Assembly: GCA_965644265.1 (NCBI GenBank)
Contig: OZ286464.1
Coordinates: forward strand, 51,460,125-51,524,000
DNA length: 63,876 nt
Source: Glycera tridactyla
Lineage: Eukaryota
Direction of reading: 5' to 3'
The notes under the pieces are model-generated. The model searched no databases. It had not been told where the DNA came from and worked only from the letters and a program-made list of their open reading frames with translations. Within the stretch, counting starts at the first letter, position 1; each line of letters starts with the position of its first letter. Positions 50,495 to 63,086 of the stretch are shown one piece after another. The translations under genes and the position numbers were made by a program.

Positions 50495-50655
50495 CAGTCG
50501 AACCTCCTCTGAAGACCACCTCCTTATAAAGACCACCCTGAGCTGCGACCGTGGTAGTATTTTCAACAGTAAATGACCTCCCTATAAAGACCACCTCCCT
50601 ATAAAGGCCACTTTCTGATGCAACTGAAGGCAGTCTTTATAGAGAGGTTTTACTG
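50495..50655. mobile_element. Family-B MITE (161 bp)
   Basis: TA-CAGTCGAACCTC ... GAGGTTTTACTG-TA; core nearly identical to the 29878 copy. Confidence 0.9.
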
Positions 50656-52155
50656 TAGTGACTCATTTTGAATTCCTAATCAGAAGTGAAAGACAATAAG
50701 AGCCTCTGGATCTGAGATGGGAACTCATACAGCTACTGGATAAAATACAAGCTAACTACCGTAGTTAGTTAGGCAACAAGTCAATCTCTCTTGTTAAATG
50801 AAAACTGATTCAAGTTAGGGTTACCTATATTTCTATTTACATGTTTTGTGTGTTCAATAATACCTGCTATGATACTGGAAAGCTTTAAAAGTCCACCCAA
50901 TTTCTTTCATCGAACCATGGCAAATACAGCTTCTTTTTGCTGACACTAGATCTTGAGGTGGAATTGAATTTTTTATTTCCTAATATTTTCACTTGCCACA
51001 TCAGCAATACAGATCTCGATGGACGGAACATATAAATGGTAAATTGGCCCTGATCCGTGACATAAGAATTGTCAAATTGAAGATGTGGGATGAACACTCA
51101 GCTTTGGCTAATACCTTTACACTATTTATTCATTCACAATATTCAGGCTATGTAAAACAATCCTTGTACAAAGTGCCTTTTTGGATAGCGGCTCAGCAAT
51201 GCTAAGGTCCAGCAATATGGCCAAAATATTTGCTACCTACCTCCAACAAATCGACTTAGACCAGAAGTCTGAGGCGGACGATGACGTTTCAATAACTTTG
51301 TAGATGGAACGCGGCGTACTGGACGTCTCGGCATTATGAAGGATAATATCTCTCATCCAGGCAAATGAGCACGAATATGTATCAGGTAGAAGATTCAATC
51401 TATTGTTAGTCCTCAGCATCACAGTTTGAATATGTCCGATGTCATGGTAATCCAAGTGGAAATCAGAAGTTCATCCATCTCTTCAGAAGTATCTCAGATC
51501 ATGGGAGCTACTAATCACAGTTTAAATCCATCCACAGTGGTATTTGAGGCAGAAAGAATTCCAATGTTCAACATTTGTCATGATATGATGATGGGCTGTC
51601 TGTTGCATTGTCAGAGATGCAGATGATATTGAACAAGGTAGCGGAGATCCTCCAGATTTCCAGCAATAGCATGCATCACGAGGACAATCATCCCATAAGT
51701 TCATTCAATTTACCCATGATTTTTTTTCACTGGATCATATCTGTGGGGAAAACACAAATACAGTCGAACCTGCCCTAAGCATGCACTGTACTAAACAAGA
51801 ACCTTTATCAAGCAAACATGCTGCATTCATCCCACTAGAGCATTTTCTCTTCAATTAATCTTTGTAAAGACACACCTGCTCTGAACATTCACTTCTGTGT
51901 CTTCACTTGGTTGTATGACAGAATTGATTGTAGATAACATCATGTGGTTGGAAATGTAGACCAGCACTCATTGAAGTGATTGAGGATGGCCATATTCCAG
52001 CTCTCACTTTGTGAGATCAACCAGCCGAGCTGAATGATGTGAGCCATTTCAAACATATGACTATGACATCGTGCCATTAGGTAGTAGACTAGTCCGCACA
52101 CAATTAGCCATCTGCCTCATATAATTGTGCAGAATAAGGTAGTACATGGATGGTA

Positions 52156-52309
52156 CAGTGAGATCTGTGATGATGAGAGACCACCCTAAAAGAGGTGGTT
52201 TCTTCTCAGAGGTATTTTTGCGAATGTTGAATAAAAAGCTGCCCTGAAACAGCTGTCTCTCATCAGAGGTGATCCATCATAAAGGCGTCTCTTGTTACAG
52301 GTTTCACTG
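52156..52309. mobile_element. Family-A MITE
   Basis: TA-CAGTGAGATCTGTGA ... CAGGTTTCACTG; GAGAGACCACCCTAAA and AGCTGCCCTGAAA cores. Confidence 0.8.
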
Positions 52310-53489
52310 CATCTTGATCATATGATTATCAAGGTCCAAAGCAGATCGGTGCAGAAAGGCACATAATGCATAAGAGTATTCAACAGCCCTACAAAGTTTG
52401 CATATGTGGTGGCGGTAGTGGTGGTGATGGTGGCATGGCGGCAGTGAAAGTGATGGTGGCAGTGCTGATGGTAGTGGTGGTGGTAGTGATGGTAATAGCA
52501 GTAACATCAGACTGCAACAGTCTGCTGCTATCAGGCAGTGTAAGATTTTGAGGTTTTCCTTGTGCAAACCACACATACACCCCATGCAGCCAACCAAAGA
52601 CCTGTCACTCATCTTGTCAGATCTGCATAGGTGAATCCATATGACCCCATTGTTGAGAAAGGTATGACCATCTTGTACAAGACAAAGGCAGCAAACACAA
52701 GGCACTGGGTCACAACCGGGCGGACATTGACCTGTTGTAGCCATGTACTGGTTTTATATTTAATCTTCCCTGGACTCCATCCAAATAGGGCAGGTAATTA
52801 AATGGAGGGTGCAAAAGTATAAGCAGATGCCAAGCACTTCTATTTTGAACTGAATTTGAGAAAATCCTAACGTCAGATTCAAATCATTGAAAATATGTGT
52901 CAAGGCCAAATAAACCTGAAATTTGAGGGCTGCCATCTTTTGATAGTGATTTGAGCACCATTGTTGTAACCAGTCAAGAATTGTTGGAGAAGTAAATTCA
53001 ATCAAGAGTTGGTCAGCCTCTGGCAGGCACATCACTGCTTCATGCCAACTATGAAAGAGTAGCAATTATTTTCTATGTTGGTTCTTCTTGTTATCTGTAG
53101 GGGCCTAAGATGGCGAGTCACTAAGATGCCGGAACACTCCCTGAGGGTATCCATCATGTCCTTGGCAAATATTTAAAAATTAGCTTCCATTAATGTCCAC
53201 TTTTCAGACATATGTCTTTCACTTTTAATTTGCTCAAGAAGGCGCCTCCACATAAAGGTCACCTGCATGCAAAATCACCCAAAACAATGACTGTAATAGT
53301 ATTTTAGGCAGTGAAAAATCTCTCTAGAGAGGCCACCTTTCAACAAAGGCCATTTCTGATATGGATAGGGATGGACTTTGCAGACAGTTTCAACTTCATC
53401 TTTAACGCATCAAATGATGGACAGAATCCTAGAATTCCAGAGCCGGACTTCGGATCAGCTCATCTTTGGGAGGTCATTATATACATGTA

Positions 53490-53662
53490 CAGTCAAACCT
53501 AACCACAAAGACCAACCTCGGTCACACGAAAAAGTGGTCTTCTTTTTAGGCAGGTACCCTTCGAGTGGTTGATTACTATGGAATATCACAGTCACAGTTC
53601 AGAATGGCATCTGTTGGCAGGTGACATTTGTATAGGAGTGGCCGCTTGAGCAGGTTCAACTG
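53490..53662. mobile_element. TA-flanked MITE
   Basis: TA-CAGTCAAACCT ... CAGGTTCAACTG-TA; GAAAAAGTGGTC core. Confidence 0.8.
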
Positions 53663-54880
53663 TACATCTGTAAATCAATAAATGCATCAATGTTCATCCA
53701 CACAAGCAACTACCATTTTTTTCGCTGCCATCAGCGGAGTGATGTTTGTCGAGGCTCCATCATGTCAGTGGATGCATGAATCAGAGAAGTTCACCTATCT
53801 CACACCAGATGTCTGTCTATCACTGATACCAATCTCAGACTATGATGTCTCTGTCTTCATCTTTCCGTAGACAAGACCCCTTCCATTAGTCTCACGGCTT
53901 GTTTTTGGTTTGGTTTGCTTGAGGTTCAATCACGTTGTATCAGCCCAGGAATTACTTGTCTTTGGTTTGGTTTGGTTGAGGTTCACTCAGGTTGTATCAG
54001 CCAAGAAATTACTTGCCTACATGGTAACATGTCACGCCATCTGCAGTCCAGTCGGGCAAATTTTAACATAACTACATTTTAAACATAAAGGTGTAGGTAT
54101 TATCTCATCAGCCCACCCAGTAATAAATTGATATAAATTCCAAAATTTGAGTTCATATTTTTTCAGGAGATACGAACCAAAATCTCAAGTCAAGAACCAT
54201 GCAGCGATGTGCCAGTTTTCGAGAAATCTAAGTAGAGAAGATTACCTTCTTTACTCCCCTTCCATTCATACTTATACATATTAGAGATAGATCCATCACA
54301 TTATATTCTGATCCATTATAAAGAAGCAGCCAATTCTGAATACAGCCAGTTGACACTCAACACCTCCCATTCCATCAAAATACCCTGCTCTCACATCAAG
54401 CATTCACTCATCAGAAGTAATATGCATGAACGCATGATGGAGACAAACATCACGCTAAGGACCATAGAAAAAGATACTCTTCTGTTCTGTGATATTTGAA
54501 TGCAAGGAGGGGTAATTAAGATGAATCTATGTTTCACCAACACGTCACTGGAAAGTCAAACTACATTCCCATAACACAAGTTTACCAAGAGCTTTAATGT
54601 GTATGTTCAACTGGATTAAGTCACTAGTCAGAAATAATGCTTCCATCACTCCAGCAGGCTGATCAGTTACAGCCAACAGTTGCTAACATTTTGTAATCTG
54701 ACAAACAGGTCCCCATTCCTTTTTATTACGCATCAGATAAGTCACTCATACAGGGAAGATTATATATGTCATGTTTTCCTGTTCAATGAAAGCTAGATGT
54801 TCTCTCCCCTTCAGACATCACTCTCACAAAATCCTGAATGTAAGGTGATGAGGAAGCTGAAAGGTTGTCATGTGGAAGTA

Positions 54881-55530
54881 CCGTATATACTCGCATATAA
54901 GCCTGACAAATTTGCCATGAACAGTGATAAACATGATGAAAACTCAGTGATATAACCATCCGATCAGGTTCCACCATTCTGAACCTCATCAGAGCACATG
55001 ATCAACAATGAGGAAATCAATTTGCATAATTTATGAATTTGTACATTCGGGTCCTTCAGCCAGTCTCTAGACACAACAATGGCACCCAAATCACTGGTGA
55101 ATATGCCAGCTTTGGTTTTAATCTCGAAACACGGGATTATTCAGCGTTGACACATGTTTCCAGTAGCGGGGACCACCTCATCTTGGATTGTACCAGTAAA
55201 TCATTAAAGTATGGAGGCATGAATGACCTAATAATGGCCAGGGTAAGGCACGAATTGGCTTCTCTACACGGTTGTCTTTGATCAGCTGTTGGTCTATCAT
55301 TTCACTCATCGCTAATTGACTGGCCTAAACTGATCACAGACGGAGTTGATTGGCCTCTCTATGTGTTTGAAATGGTCTTTTTTTCAATATCCTCTGCCTC
55401 TATTTGCAATCCGCCGTGTTCAGTCTCAGTAAAACTCTGGGGGCAGCTTATATGCAAGATATCAACTAAATCTCGATTTTTGGAGGCGAAATCATATCTC
55501 CGGCTTATTCGTGAAGGATGGTATTTACCA
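54881..55530. mobile_element. Diverged relative of the Tc2-like element
   Basis: Identical left TIR TA-CCGTATATACTCGCATATAAGCC; shares ACAATGGCACCCA, GGATTGTACC and GAATTGGCTTCTCTACA blocks with 46047-46250; right TIR eroded. Confidence 0.8.
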
Positions 55531-55549
55531 GTGGTAGAAATCGGTTGCA

Positions 55550-56320
55550 AATTCGCAATCAATCATCAGTTGGGCCTTTCTAACCAATCATCGGTTGATA
55601 TCGGTTACTGAAAAGGTGAAAATTTCCAACTAAGCTTGAACCAAACTTGGAATACTTTATCAAACCCCAACCAAGCTTGAACTATAATGCAACGAAACAC
55701 CTTCCAATTTTATCCTGTGATCAGGAAATTGTCGCTGTCTTTATGTACGTGAATGAGACAAGCATATCAAGCGCTTGGTCGCCGATTCCCAACATAACGA
55801 TGATGAAGCGCTATCTCAGTTCATCTGAGGGAGGGAAAATGGGTTATTTGCAATGTCACCAACTGCCACCATGCTCGCCGAAAAATGTGTTATTGATGTA
55901 TCACACGACTAGGGCTTCTTGCCACATTTCTACTCTCGGCGAAGGTATATTTGAATTCATCTTGCATGTCGATATATGCTACGGAGAGAGCTTGGCTTCC
56001 TCGGCGAAACTGATCCTGCGCATACAATCGTGAAAACGTCTTCTACGCATCTAGTTCCATCTTCCGCCACCATGTGGTGCTGCAAAAATACATTGAAACT
56101 CAGCCATCTCACAGATTTTCTCTGAACTGCGCATCTTGTTTCATTTGCGAACACGCAAGATGGCGCAGCGAGTCTATTTTTTGCCGATTTTCGCGAATAT
56201 AACATTTCTAGACAGATCTGCTCTTTGATTCCGATTTTGTCGATTTCCGAATTTCGCGAGTAAGCACTTGATTCAGCTCGCCAACCAACCGACTTTCGAC
56301 TACATTCGATCATCGTTCCA
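55550..56320. promoter_or_regulatory. CpG-island-like, putatively bidirectional promoter
   Basis: About 40 CpGs by hand count in 55681-56320; CCAAT at ~55585; TGCGCA twice; divergent GGCGGAAGATGG (minus, 56068-56057) and CAAGATGGCG (plus, 56156-56165); donor-like CGA|GTAAGC at 56260. Confidence 0.5.
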
Positions 56321-58388
56321 CCACTAGTATCTATGCAAGTAGATATGGTAGCTGACAGTTCAGATACACCTCTAACGATATAAGATAAACATGGTGAACC
56401 TCAATATGGCATATCTAACTATATAACTGGCTGAAAGCTGATGCCCAAACCTGACAGCAATGCTTCATTGTGAGCAAAACTGTAAAGATATTAATTCATT
56501 TACAATACAAAGTGGAATTATATCTCGCCATTCTTAGGGAATAACATACAAACAGATCGGGTAGATAGTCATCACACTAGTGCTCACACAATCATTTTTT
56601 CTGGCACACTGACATTCTTGAATTCCCACACATCCTAACAATAGTTAGTGATACTCCAGGGAGGCAGATGTCATGGAGAGCAAACCACATTGTTGTCAAC
56701 CACATATCACGACATCACCGTCTCCTCCTCCACCTCCATCAGTCATGCACCAATGAGTTTATAAAATGACACAAGTTTGATCCCAGACTTAATTCAGACC
56801 TTGGTAGTGGGTGATTCATAAGCAGTCTGTCTGGTAATTCAATTACTGAGTCCAGGTCTCTCTTTCTTTCCCTCCCTCCCATCTAACTCTCTCCTTCTGT
56901 CTCTGTCTCTGTCTCTCTCTGCCCATGAGAGATAATTCCATGCCATAATCCCTGAATTCCTTGTCCTAATTTATCATAATGTATGCAATTTCAACAGAAA
57001 TCTGAAGAGCCCTGATACAATACATTGATGAACGCTGTGTCAGATAGCCATTGCATGAGCAATAGTATGGCAATGAAATATCATAGGTTGAAAGGTGTCC
57101 TATGAAGCTTATCTCAGTCACAAATTCAGTAAACCCACTTCTAAGCAGTCACTGATTGGGCTGCTTCAGCCAGGTGGGTGCATTGGTAAAAATGGCTGTC
57201 TAAGACATGTGATTACTCAGTACAGTGGATGGTTAAGACAGGTCATATGGTGAGTCAATTCTACCTTTTGCATCACTGTCATAAACTAGTACAGGTGATT
57301 TATCTGTATTTTTGTATGGGTTTTTGCTATTTTCAATCTTGCTAGATTATATTCAACATGAAAGGCCGAGAAATTGAGAAAATATAAAGCAATAAACTAC
57401 ATCTTCATAAATTAATGACTTTCATTATCACAGTCAACATGCTCCAGCTATGCAACAGGTGAGATATTCATACTTTGATAATTTTTATTCCAAAGCTGTG
57501 TTTCAGAAATGAGCAGTGAAAATGTGCAAGTTTGGATGAGTAGAAGAGTGAACCAAGCTTGTATATATCCGCTGCCACAAGTCCATTGTGTGTCACATAC
57601 ATGTGGTCAACTTACCAACACATGGTACGCGTGCCAAGAGTGTTCACTACTTCCTATACATTGTTCTTGAGGGGAATAAAACTTGTGAGGAAATAACAAC
57701 ATCCCTGTAGATCATGCTGACAAATTGAAATAATTCAAATTCACATAAGGAAATAACAAAAGCCGAGAATAAATCGTGATAAAAGAAATCACCTTCATAT
57801 GGCATTGATTCTAGACATAGCATGGCCAGAGGCAGTGTTCCTTCCATACACTAGCGGTTTTGTGGTTTAGTCAAATGCTGAAGAAAATTCTAATTTTCTA
57901 AAATGATTTAATGAAGTAATATTCATTTCTGATGGCACAAAAGTGGTGGTGGTTCATTGAAGATGAACATGTTCCAAATTTTATTTGTTTCGGTGAAAAA
58001 AATGCAGTAGTACATGATTTGGCACATAAATGCCATTAATTTCTCATTTAGATAAACTGATTCAATAAAATGCATTCTAATTTCTACATAGTGGTTTCCG
58101 ACTTGCTCAAATTTATTACCTTTTTGCTAACATCATTCAGTAAAGGAATAGAGTGAACCCAGAAAGGAATGATTTGGAGAGACTTCTGGTATCTACAGAT
58201 TACCCAACAGCATACATTTGCACAAATACAAAGTGTGGGATCAAAATTATATATGTGGCTCTATCTGTTGTCTTCTCGTTCATTGATCAATGTCTAATAC
58301 AATTTAAATCTGGATTATGTGTGAATGTAGATACTGAAGAAAATAGGTACCAGTACCTCTGACTACAAGCATACAGAAGTGTCAAGTA

Positions 58389-58565
58389 CAATGAAACCTG
58401 TCTAGAGACACCCTTGGTCTCATGGAAAATGGTCTTCATAGACAGGTGGTTATAATAAACAGGTTGTTTATTCCTCCCCCCCCCCCCCCCCCCCGAATCA
58501 AATATTGCAGTCATTTCTTCAGTGGCAGGTAGCCCCAATACTGAAGTGGTCTCTCAAGCAAGATA
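58389..58565. mobile_element. MITE interrupted by a poly-C run
   Basis: TA-CAATGAAACCTG start; GAAAATGGTCTTCATAGACAGGTGGT core. Confidence 0.65.
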
Positions 58566-59403
58566 GAAAGGACGTCCATAATGCCAATTGTTCATATGAT
58601 ATTCCACAAATCAGATTTCTGGCCACGTTTATAGCAATAGGAATGATACGGTTATTTCTCTGTGCAGTCATGCATGACATCAAGGATGTCCATTTGCTAT
58701 ACCGTCACCACACGTACAACAGCTATGTGTGTTCCACTTCCTCGTCACGACCATGAATCATTTATCCCTGCAGTAAAATACTCCTCCTCCAGCACAAAAA
58801 CAAACAATCCTAAGTTTAGTTCAATGGCAACGGGAAATGAATGCAATACTTTTATTCAGCTTAGTGTCTTTGACATGCAGCCAGTCAACGGTAAACAGAA
58901 AGCGGAGAAATTTGGGCCCTGAGGCATTCTTCTCCATAAGCGTTTGACTGTGTATTTGTTGACGAGAAATGCACGGTAACCTTCACAAGACTGACCTGAA
59001 CTCATTCCTCTATAGTTGAACTTGCTCCAGAGACCACCTCTTCAAAGATGAACATTTCCCAATTTCATTCGTTTTGGTGAGAAAATGCAATAGAGAATGA
59101 TTTGGCATGAGAATACCATTAATTCTTCATTTTGTGCACCTGATTCAAAGAAATGCTTTCTGATTTCTACAAATTTCTTTCTGAATTGCTGGATTTCCAT
59201 CTTGCTGAAATAATTTGCTAAAAGTGTTTCATCCTATAGGAATCCCAGGAATGATTGGGTAAGACTGCATGAATAATTATGGAGAAGTCATCGCATATCT
59301 TTTCAGATCAGGGCTGATATAACAATCACAAGACTGGTAGAATAGGCAGAGGATCTTTTAGTTGGTATGACTATTTCGACCATCAAAATTCTGTTTTAAT
59401 ACT

Positions 59404-59546
59404 GTTTGTTTGCTTGTTTGGGTTTAGCATCCTTTCACGCACCTTGGGTTATATCGGACTGAAAAACTGGAATTGCTGAGAAGGCACCGCTGCTGGGGCC
59501 ATTCCTACTCTTTACGAAACACAGCAGCGGTTCTTCTACATGCATA
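59404..59546 (-). mobile_element. SINE-like remnant (uninterrupted paralog of 45291-46464)
   Basis: (GTTT)n-GGGTTTA..ACTGAAAAA..GAAGG.AC.GCTGC..CCTACTCTTT..ACAGCAGC.GTTCTT. Confidence 0.55.
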
Positions 59547-60930
59547 CAGGAACAGACTCCTATATATATGGCCAGCCTTTGATTTCCCAGTCAGCATGCA
59601 CTGGGTTCTGTTTTAATAAATTATGATTTTTTTACTCAAATGAGCTGATTTGTTATACTGTACTCAGTAGGAATGATTAGGCCTACTTTGAAGCCTTAAG
59701 CCTTATAATATCATAATGTTCAGAGATTATTTGGCATTCTCTCATGGCTATGTATTGTGTAATGTATCCAGGTTATCCACAGTATAATGTTACATCTTTC
59801 CATCTCTCCATTCCAAGAAATCCTCTTCATGATGGATCTCCGGTATGATCAAAAGATGAGTCCATACTTGTTGCATGAAAGAACATGCACTAGAGTGTGA
59901 ACCAGTGATCTTTTTCAATTTATTCTGGCTCGCTGCACTCATAGTGATATATGGGAATGATACCAATGCCAGCAACATAAATCATATGAACAGCAAGTCT
60001 CTGATCCAACATGTTTATGCAACACTGTACTCTTGGTCAAATTAATGGTTAGGCATTTTCATGTATCCAGTGAGCTATTAACGAGCTAAAACTTTCATGA
60101 AACACTGAAAACAGATCAATCACATTTGAAGAATGCTGGGGGAAAATACCACCGTAGGTCTTGGCTTAAATACATCTAGATGGAAAGTTTGTTTTTCTCA
60201 TTACAAAAACTTGCTAACGTTTGCCATCATTTAGACGAAGTGGAAACTGTCAATTGGTACAGGCGATGCATTATTGTGTATTAAGTTTTCTACATAGAAG
60301 ACGACCAACCTGAATGTCATCAAAATGCGATCCTCCCAAAAGTGGTGATTTATCATCAGAAAAATAAAAGACTTCATAAAATACAAAAGCTGCCCTGAGA
60401 AAGCAGTTCCCCATCAGAAAATGATCTTTTATTGCAGTCTCTCAATGCAGAATTCATTGTACGATGAGCAGGCCATGGTGCTGGGAGAGAAATAATCTGT
60501 CTACAAGAAACTTTTACACTGTGAGTAACGTGAATCCTACCTCTCAATAAATAATCTGTTGTTTATTCCATATTTGTGGTATACAATACTGCTTGAGACA
60601 TGGATATAGAAGGCAAAATCCCGAAAAAGCTGCCACATGTATGTCTGATCCACATAAGACCTGTATACTACACGAGAGCTGGTAAGAATAATCCAGCCAT
60701 ATAAGCCATCATTACTCACATAAGAGTACAACATTGACACAAGCGCTTCCCACGATGATTGCGTCACAAGGATGGGCTATTTTTGTTACAACTATGAACA
60801 AGACTGAAGTTGATATCAGTTGGATAGATTGAATAATATTCTCTGAACCCTACCAAACTTTGGAGGGATTACACAAGTACTCCCTGAATCTAATATCGCA
60901 CATTATTAGGTCATGTAGGGTGCAAATACA

Positions 60931-61091
60931 GTCGACCCTCCTCTAAAGACCACCTCTCTATAGAGGGCCACCCTGAGCTGTGACCGTGGTAGTATTTTCA
61001 ACAGTGAATGACCTCTCTATAAAGACCACCTCCCTAAAAAGGCCGTTTTTTTTATGCTACCAAAAGGGGTCTTCAAAGTGAGGTTCAGCTA
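60931..61091. mobile_element. Family-B MITE
   Basis: TA-CAGTCGACCCTCCTCTAAAGACCACCTCTCTATA; core near-identical to 29878; right TIR degenerate. Confidence 0.88.
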
Positions 61092-61321
61092 TATAAGATC
61101 AATTCTGGTATTTTGTTTGAAAGAAATATTGCTCCCAAACTTAAATATCAGCCTCCAATCATTCACATACTCAAATATGTGACTTGTAGGATCAGCTCCA
61201 GCAGCTATGCCTTTCTAGAGGATCCTCAGCTAAGTACTGTGAACTGAAGACAAACCTGCAAGCTGTTCAGTTGAGCTAACAGAGAAAACGTTCACCAAAT
61301 TCCCTACCAAACAAGGCATCA

Positions 61322-62713
61322 GTGATGAAAACCTCACAGGTCACACCTATTTTCAAAGAAGGAAATCGTCCAGACCCTTCTAATTATCAACCAATCTCCA
61401 TCCTTCCATTCATATCTAAATTTGTCGAAAAGATTGTGCACAAACAACTTTATGATTTTCTTAAAGCTCACTCAATCCTGAACAACTCTCAATCAGGCTT
61501 CAGACCCCAACATTCTACAGAAACAGCACTCTTGTACTTCAAAAGCCAACTACTATCAAACATGGATAAAGGCCTCACGACAGCTGTGATTTATTTGGAT
61601 TTCCGCAAAGCGTTTGATACTATCTCACACGATAGACTCCTAGATAAACTATCTCAAACTGGAATTCAAGATGTAGAACTTCAATGGTTTAAGAACTTTC
61701 TGACCGATAGACTTCAACGAACAAAAATCAATGGCAGTCTCTCAGACGCACTCGAAGTGACTTGTGGGGTTCCCCAGGGGTCTACGTTGGGTCCACTGCT
61801 ATTCATCCTGTATATCAACGATCTCCCAAGTATTCTGAAGCATTCTGAATGTTCTTTATATGCAGACGATACGGCCATCTATAGCACATCTGAAAACATA
61901 GCAGAAACTCAAGAGAAAATCAAGCTTGATCTCCTTGGCATTGAGAAATGGCTTAATACAAATAGGCTGTTTCTCAATGTCAAGAAGACGAAGGCCATGT
62001 ACTTTGGAACTCGACAAATGTTGTCCGGTGTACCTCACAGTGATATTTGTATTAATTCTGAAACCATTGAGCAAGTAGAGAAATTCAAATACCTGGGTAT
62101 GTACCTTGACCAGACACTATCTTTCTCTGAACATATTTCATATGTCACAAAGAAGGTCAGTCAGAGGCTGTACATGTTGGGAAAATCCCGAGAATTCCTG
62201 ACAGAAAGTGCTAGTCTAACACTATACCGAGCTATAGTATCACCCCTTTTCTCCTACTGTGACACAGTTTTCAGGCAAATCACAGCCAAGAACTCCCATC
62301 TCCTACAGTTACAACAGAATAAAGCCCTGCGAATCGTTACAAAGAGCAACAGATGGGCCTCGACTGACGAAATGCATAGTAATACATGCATACTCCGGCT
62401 ATCTGAATCCAGGGACCTTCATATTATTATGATGATGTACGAGGCCCTCAAGAAAACAGTTCCTCCATATCTATCTGATTTACTGATTCCACTCAGTGAA
62501 ACGCACCTGCACAATACACGAGGTGCAGCGCAGGGGGACTTCGAATTACCTTTATGTAGGACTAATGTGGGGCAGAGGTCTTTTGCATGCCAGGGACCAC
62601 TAATGTGGAACTCCCTTCCAGCCCATGTAAAAAAGAACCAGCATCTGACAGGAACATCGTTCAGAGACCATGTGATTAAGTGGCTATCCCAAGGAAGACC
62701 ATCTGAGCCCTAA
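61322..62713 (+). CDS. Reverse transcriptase ORF2 fragment of a CR1/L2-group (Crack/Daphne-like) non-LTR retrotransposon; uninterrupted 463 aa, no endonuclease domain
   Basis: VTPIFK, NYQPISILP, QSGFR, YLDFRKAFDTI, GVPQGSTLGPLLFILYINDLP, YADDT, FKYLG, FACQGPLMWNSLP motifs. Confidence 0.95.
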   Translation: MMKTSQVTPIFKEGNRPDPSNYQPISILPFISKFVEKIVHKQLYDFLKAHSILNNSQSGFRPQHSTETALLYFKSQLLSNMDKGLTTAVIYLDFRKAFDTISHDRLLDKLSQTGIQDVELQWFKNFLTDRLQRTKINGSLSDALEVTCGVPQGSTLGPLLFILYINDLPSILKHSECSLYADDTAIYSTSENIAETQEKIKLDLLGIEKWLNTNRLFLNVKKTKAMYFGTRQMLSGVPHSDICINSETIEQVEKFKYLGMYLDQTLSFSEHISYVTKKVSQRLYMLGKSREFLTESASLTLYRAIVSPLFSYCDTVFRQITAKNSHLLQLQQNKALRIVTKSNRWASTDEMHSNTCILRLSESRDLHIIMMMYEALKKTVPPYLSDLLIPLSETHLHNTRGAAQGDFELPLCRTNVGQRSFACQGPLMWNSLPAHVKKNQHLTGTSFRDHVIKWLSQGRPSEP

Positions 62714-63086
62714 AATAGTCATATTCACTCATGTCTTCTCTACATGTACGACTTTACCATGTACTGCATTCTATCTATCTGACAAATGTAGAATTTCTAT
62801 GTTTCGTAACAGTGTTCTATTTCTCGAATGTATTCAGTCTAAGGAATTCCCACCTGAAATCATATTGTAATACCATGGATTAGGCATTAGACACATGGTA
62901 GCTCAAGACTACTTCCAAGGACTCCCCATCTGAAATCACACTTTTATCACATAGCCTAGGCATTCTTTACAATGTATTTATTATGGTATCTCTGTCACGC
63001 GCGTATTCATATCCTGACACCATTGTTGCGTATACGTGATGTGAAAGTTAAATAAAAGTCTTTGAATTTGAATTTGAATTTGAATT
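61328..63086 (+). mobile_element. 5'-truncated LINE, about 1.76 kb, with 3' UTR and (TTTGAA)n tail
   Basis: RT ORF, ~350-bp UTR, AATAAA at 63051-63056, (TTTGAA)4 tail; flanked by TGATG at 61323-61327 and 63087-63091. Confidence 0.93.

Noticed and set aside
54963-54992. Hammerhead-like CTGATGA-GGTTC-N9-GAACC on the minus strand
   Set aside because: Followed by TGAT rather than GAAA, with no stem I or III; it lies inside a DNA transposon.
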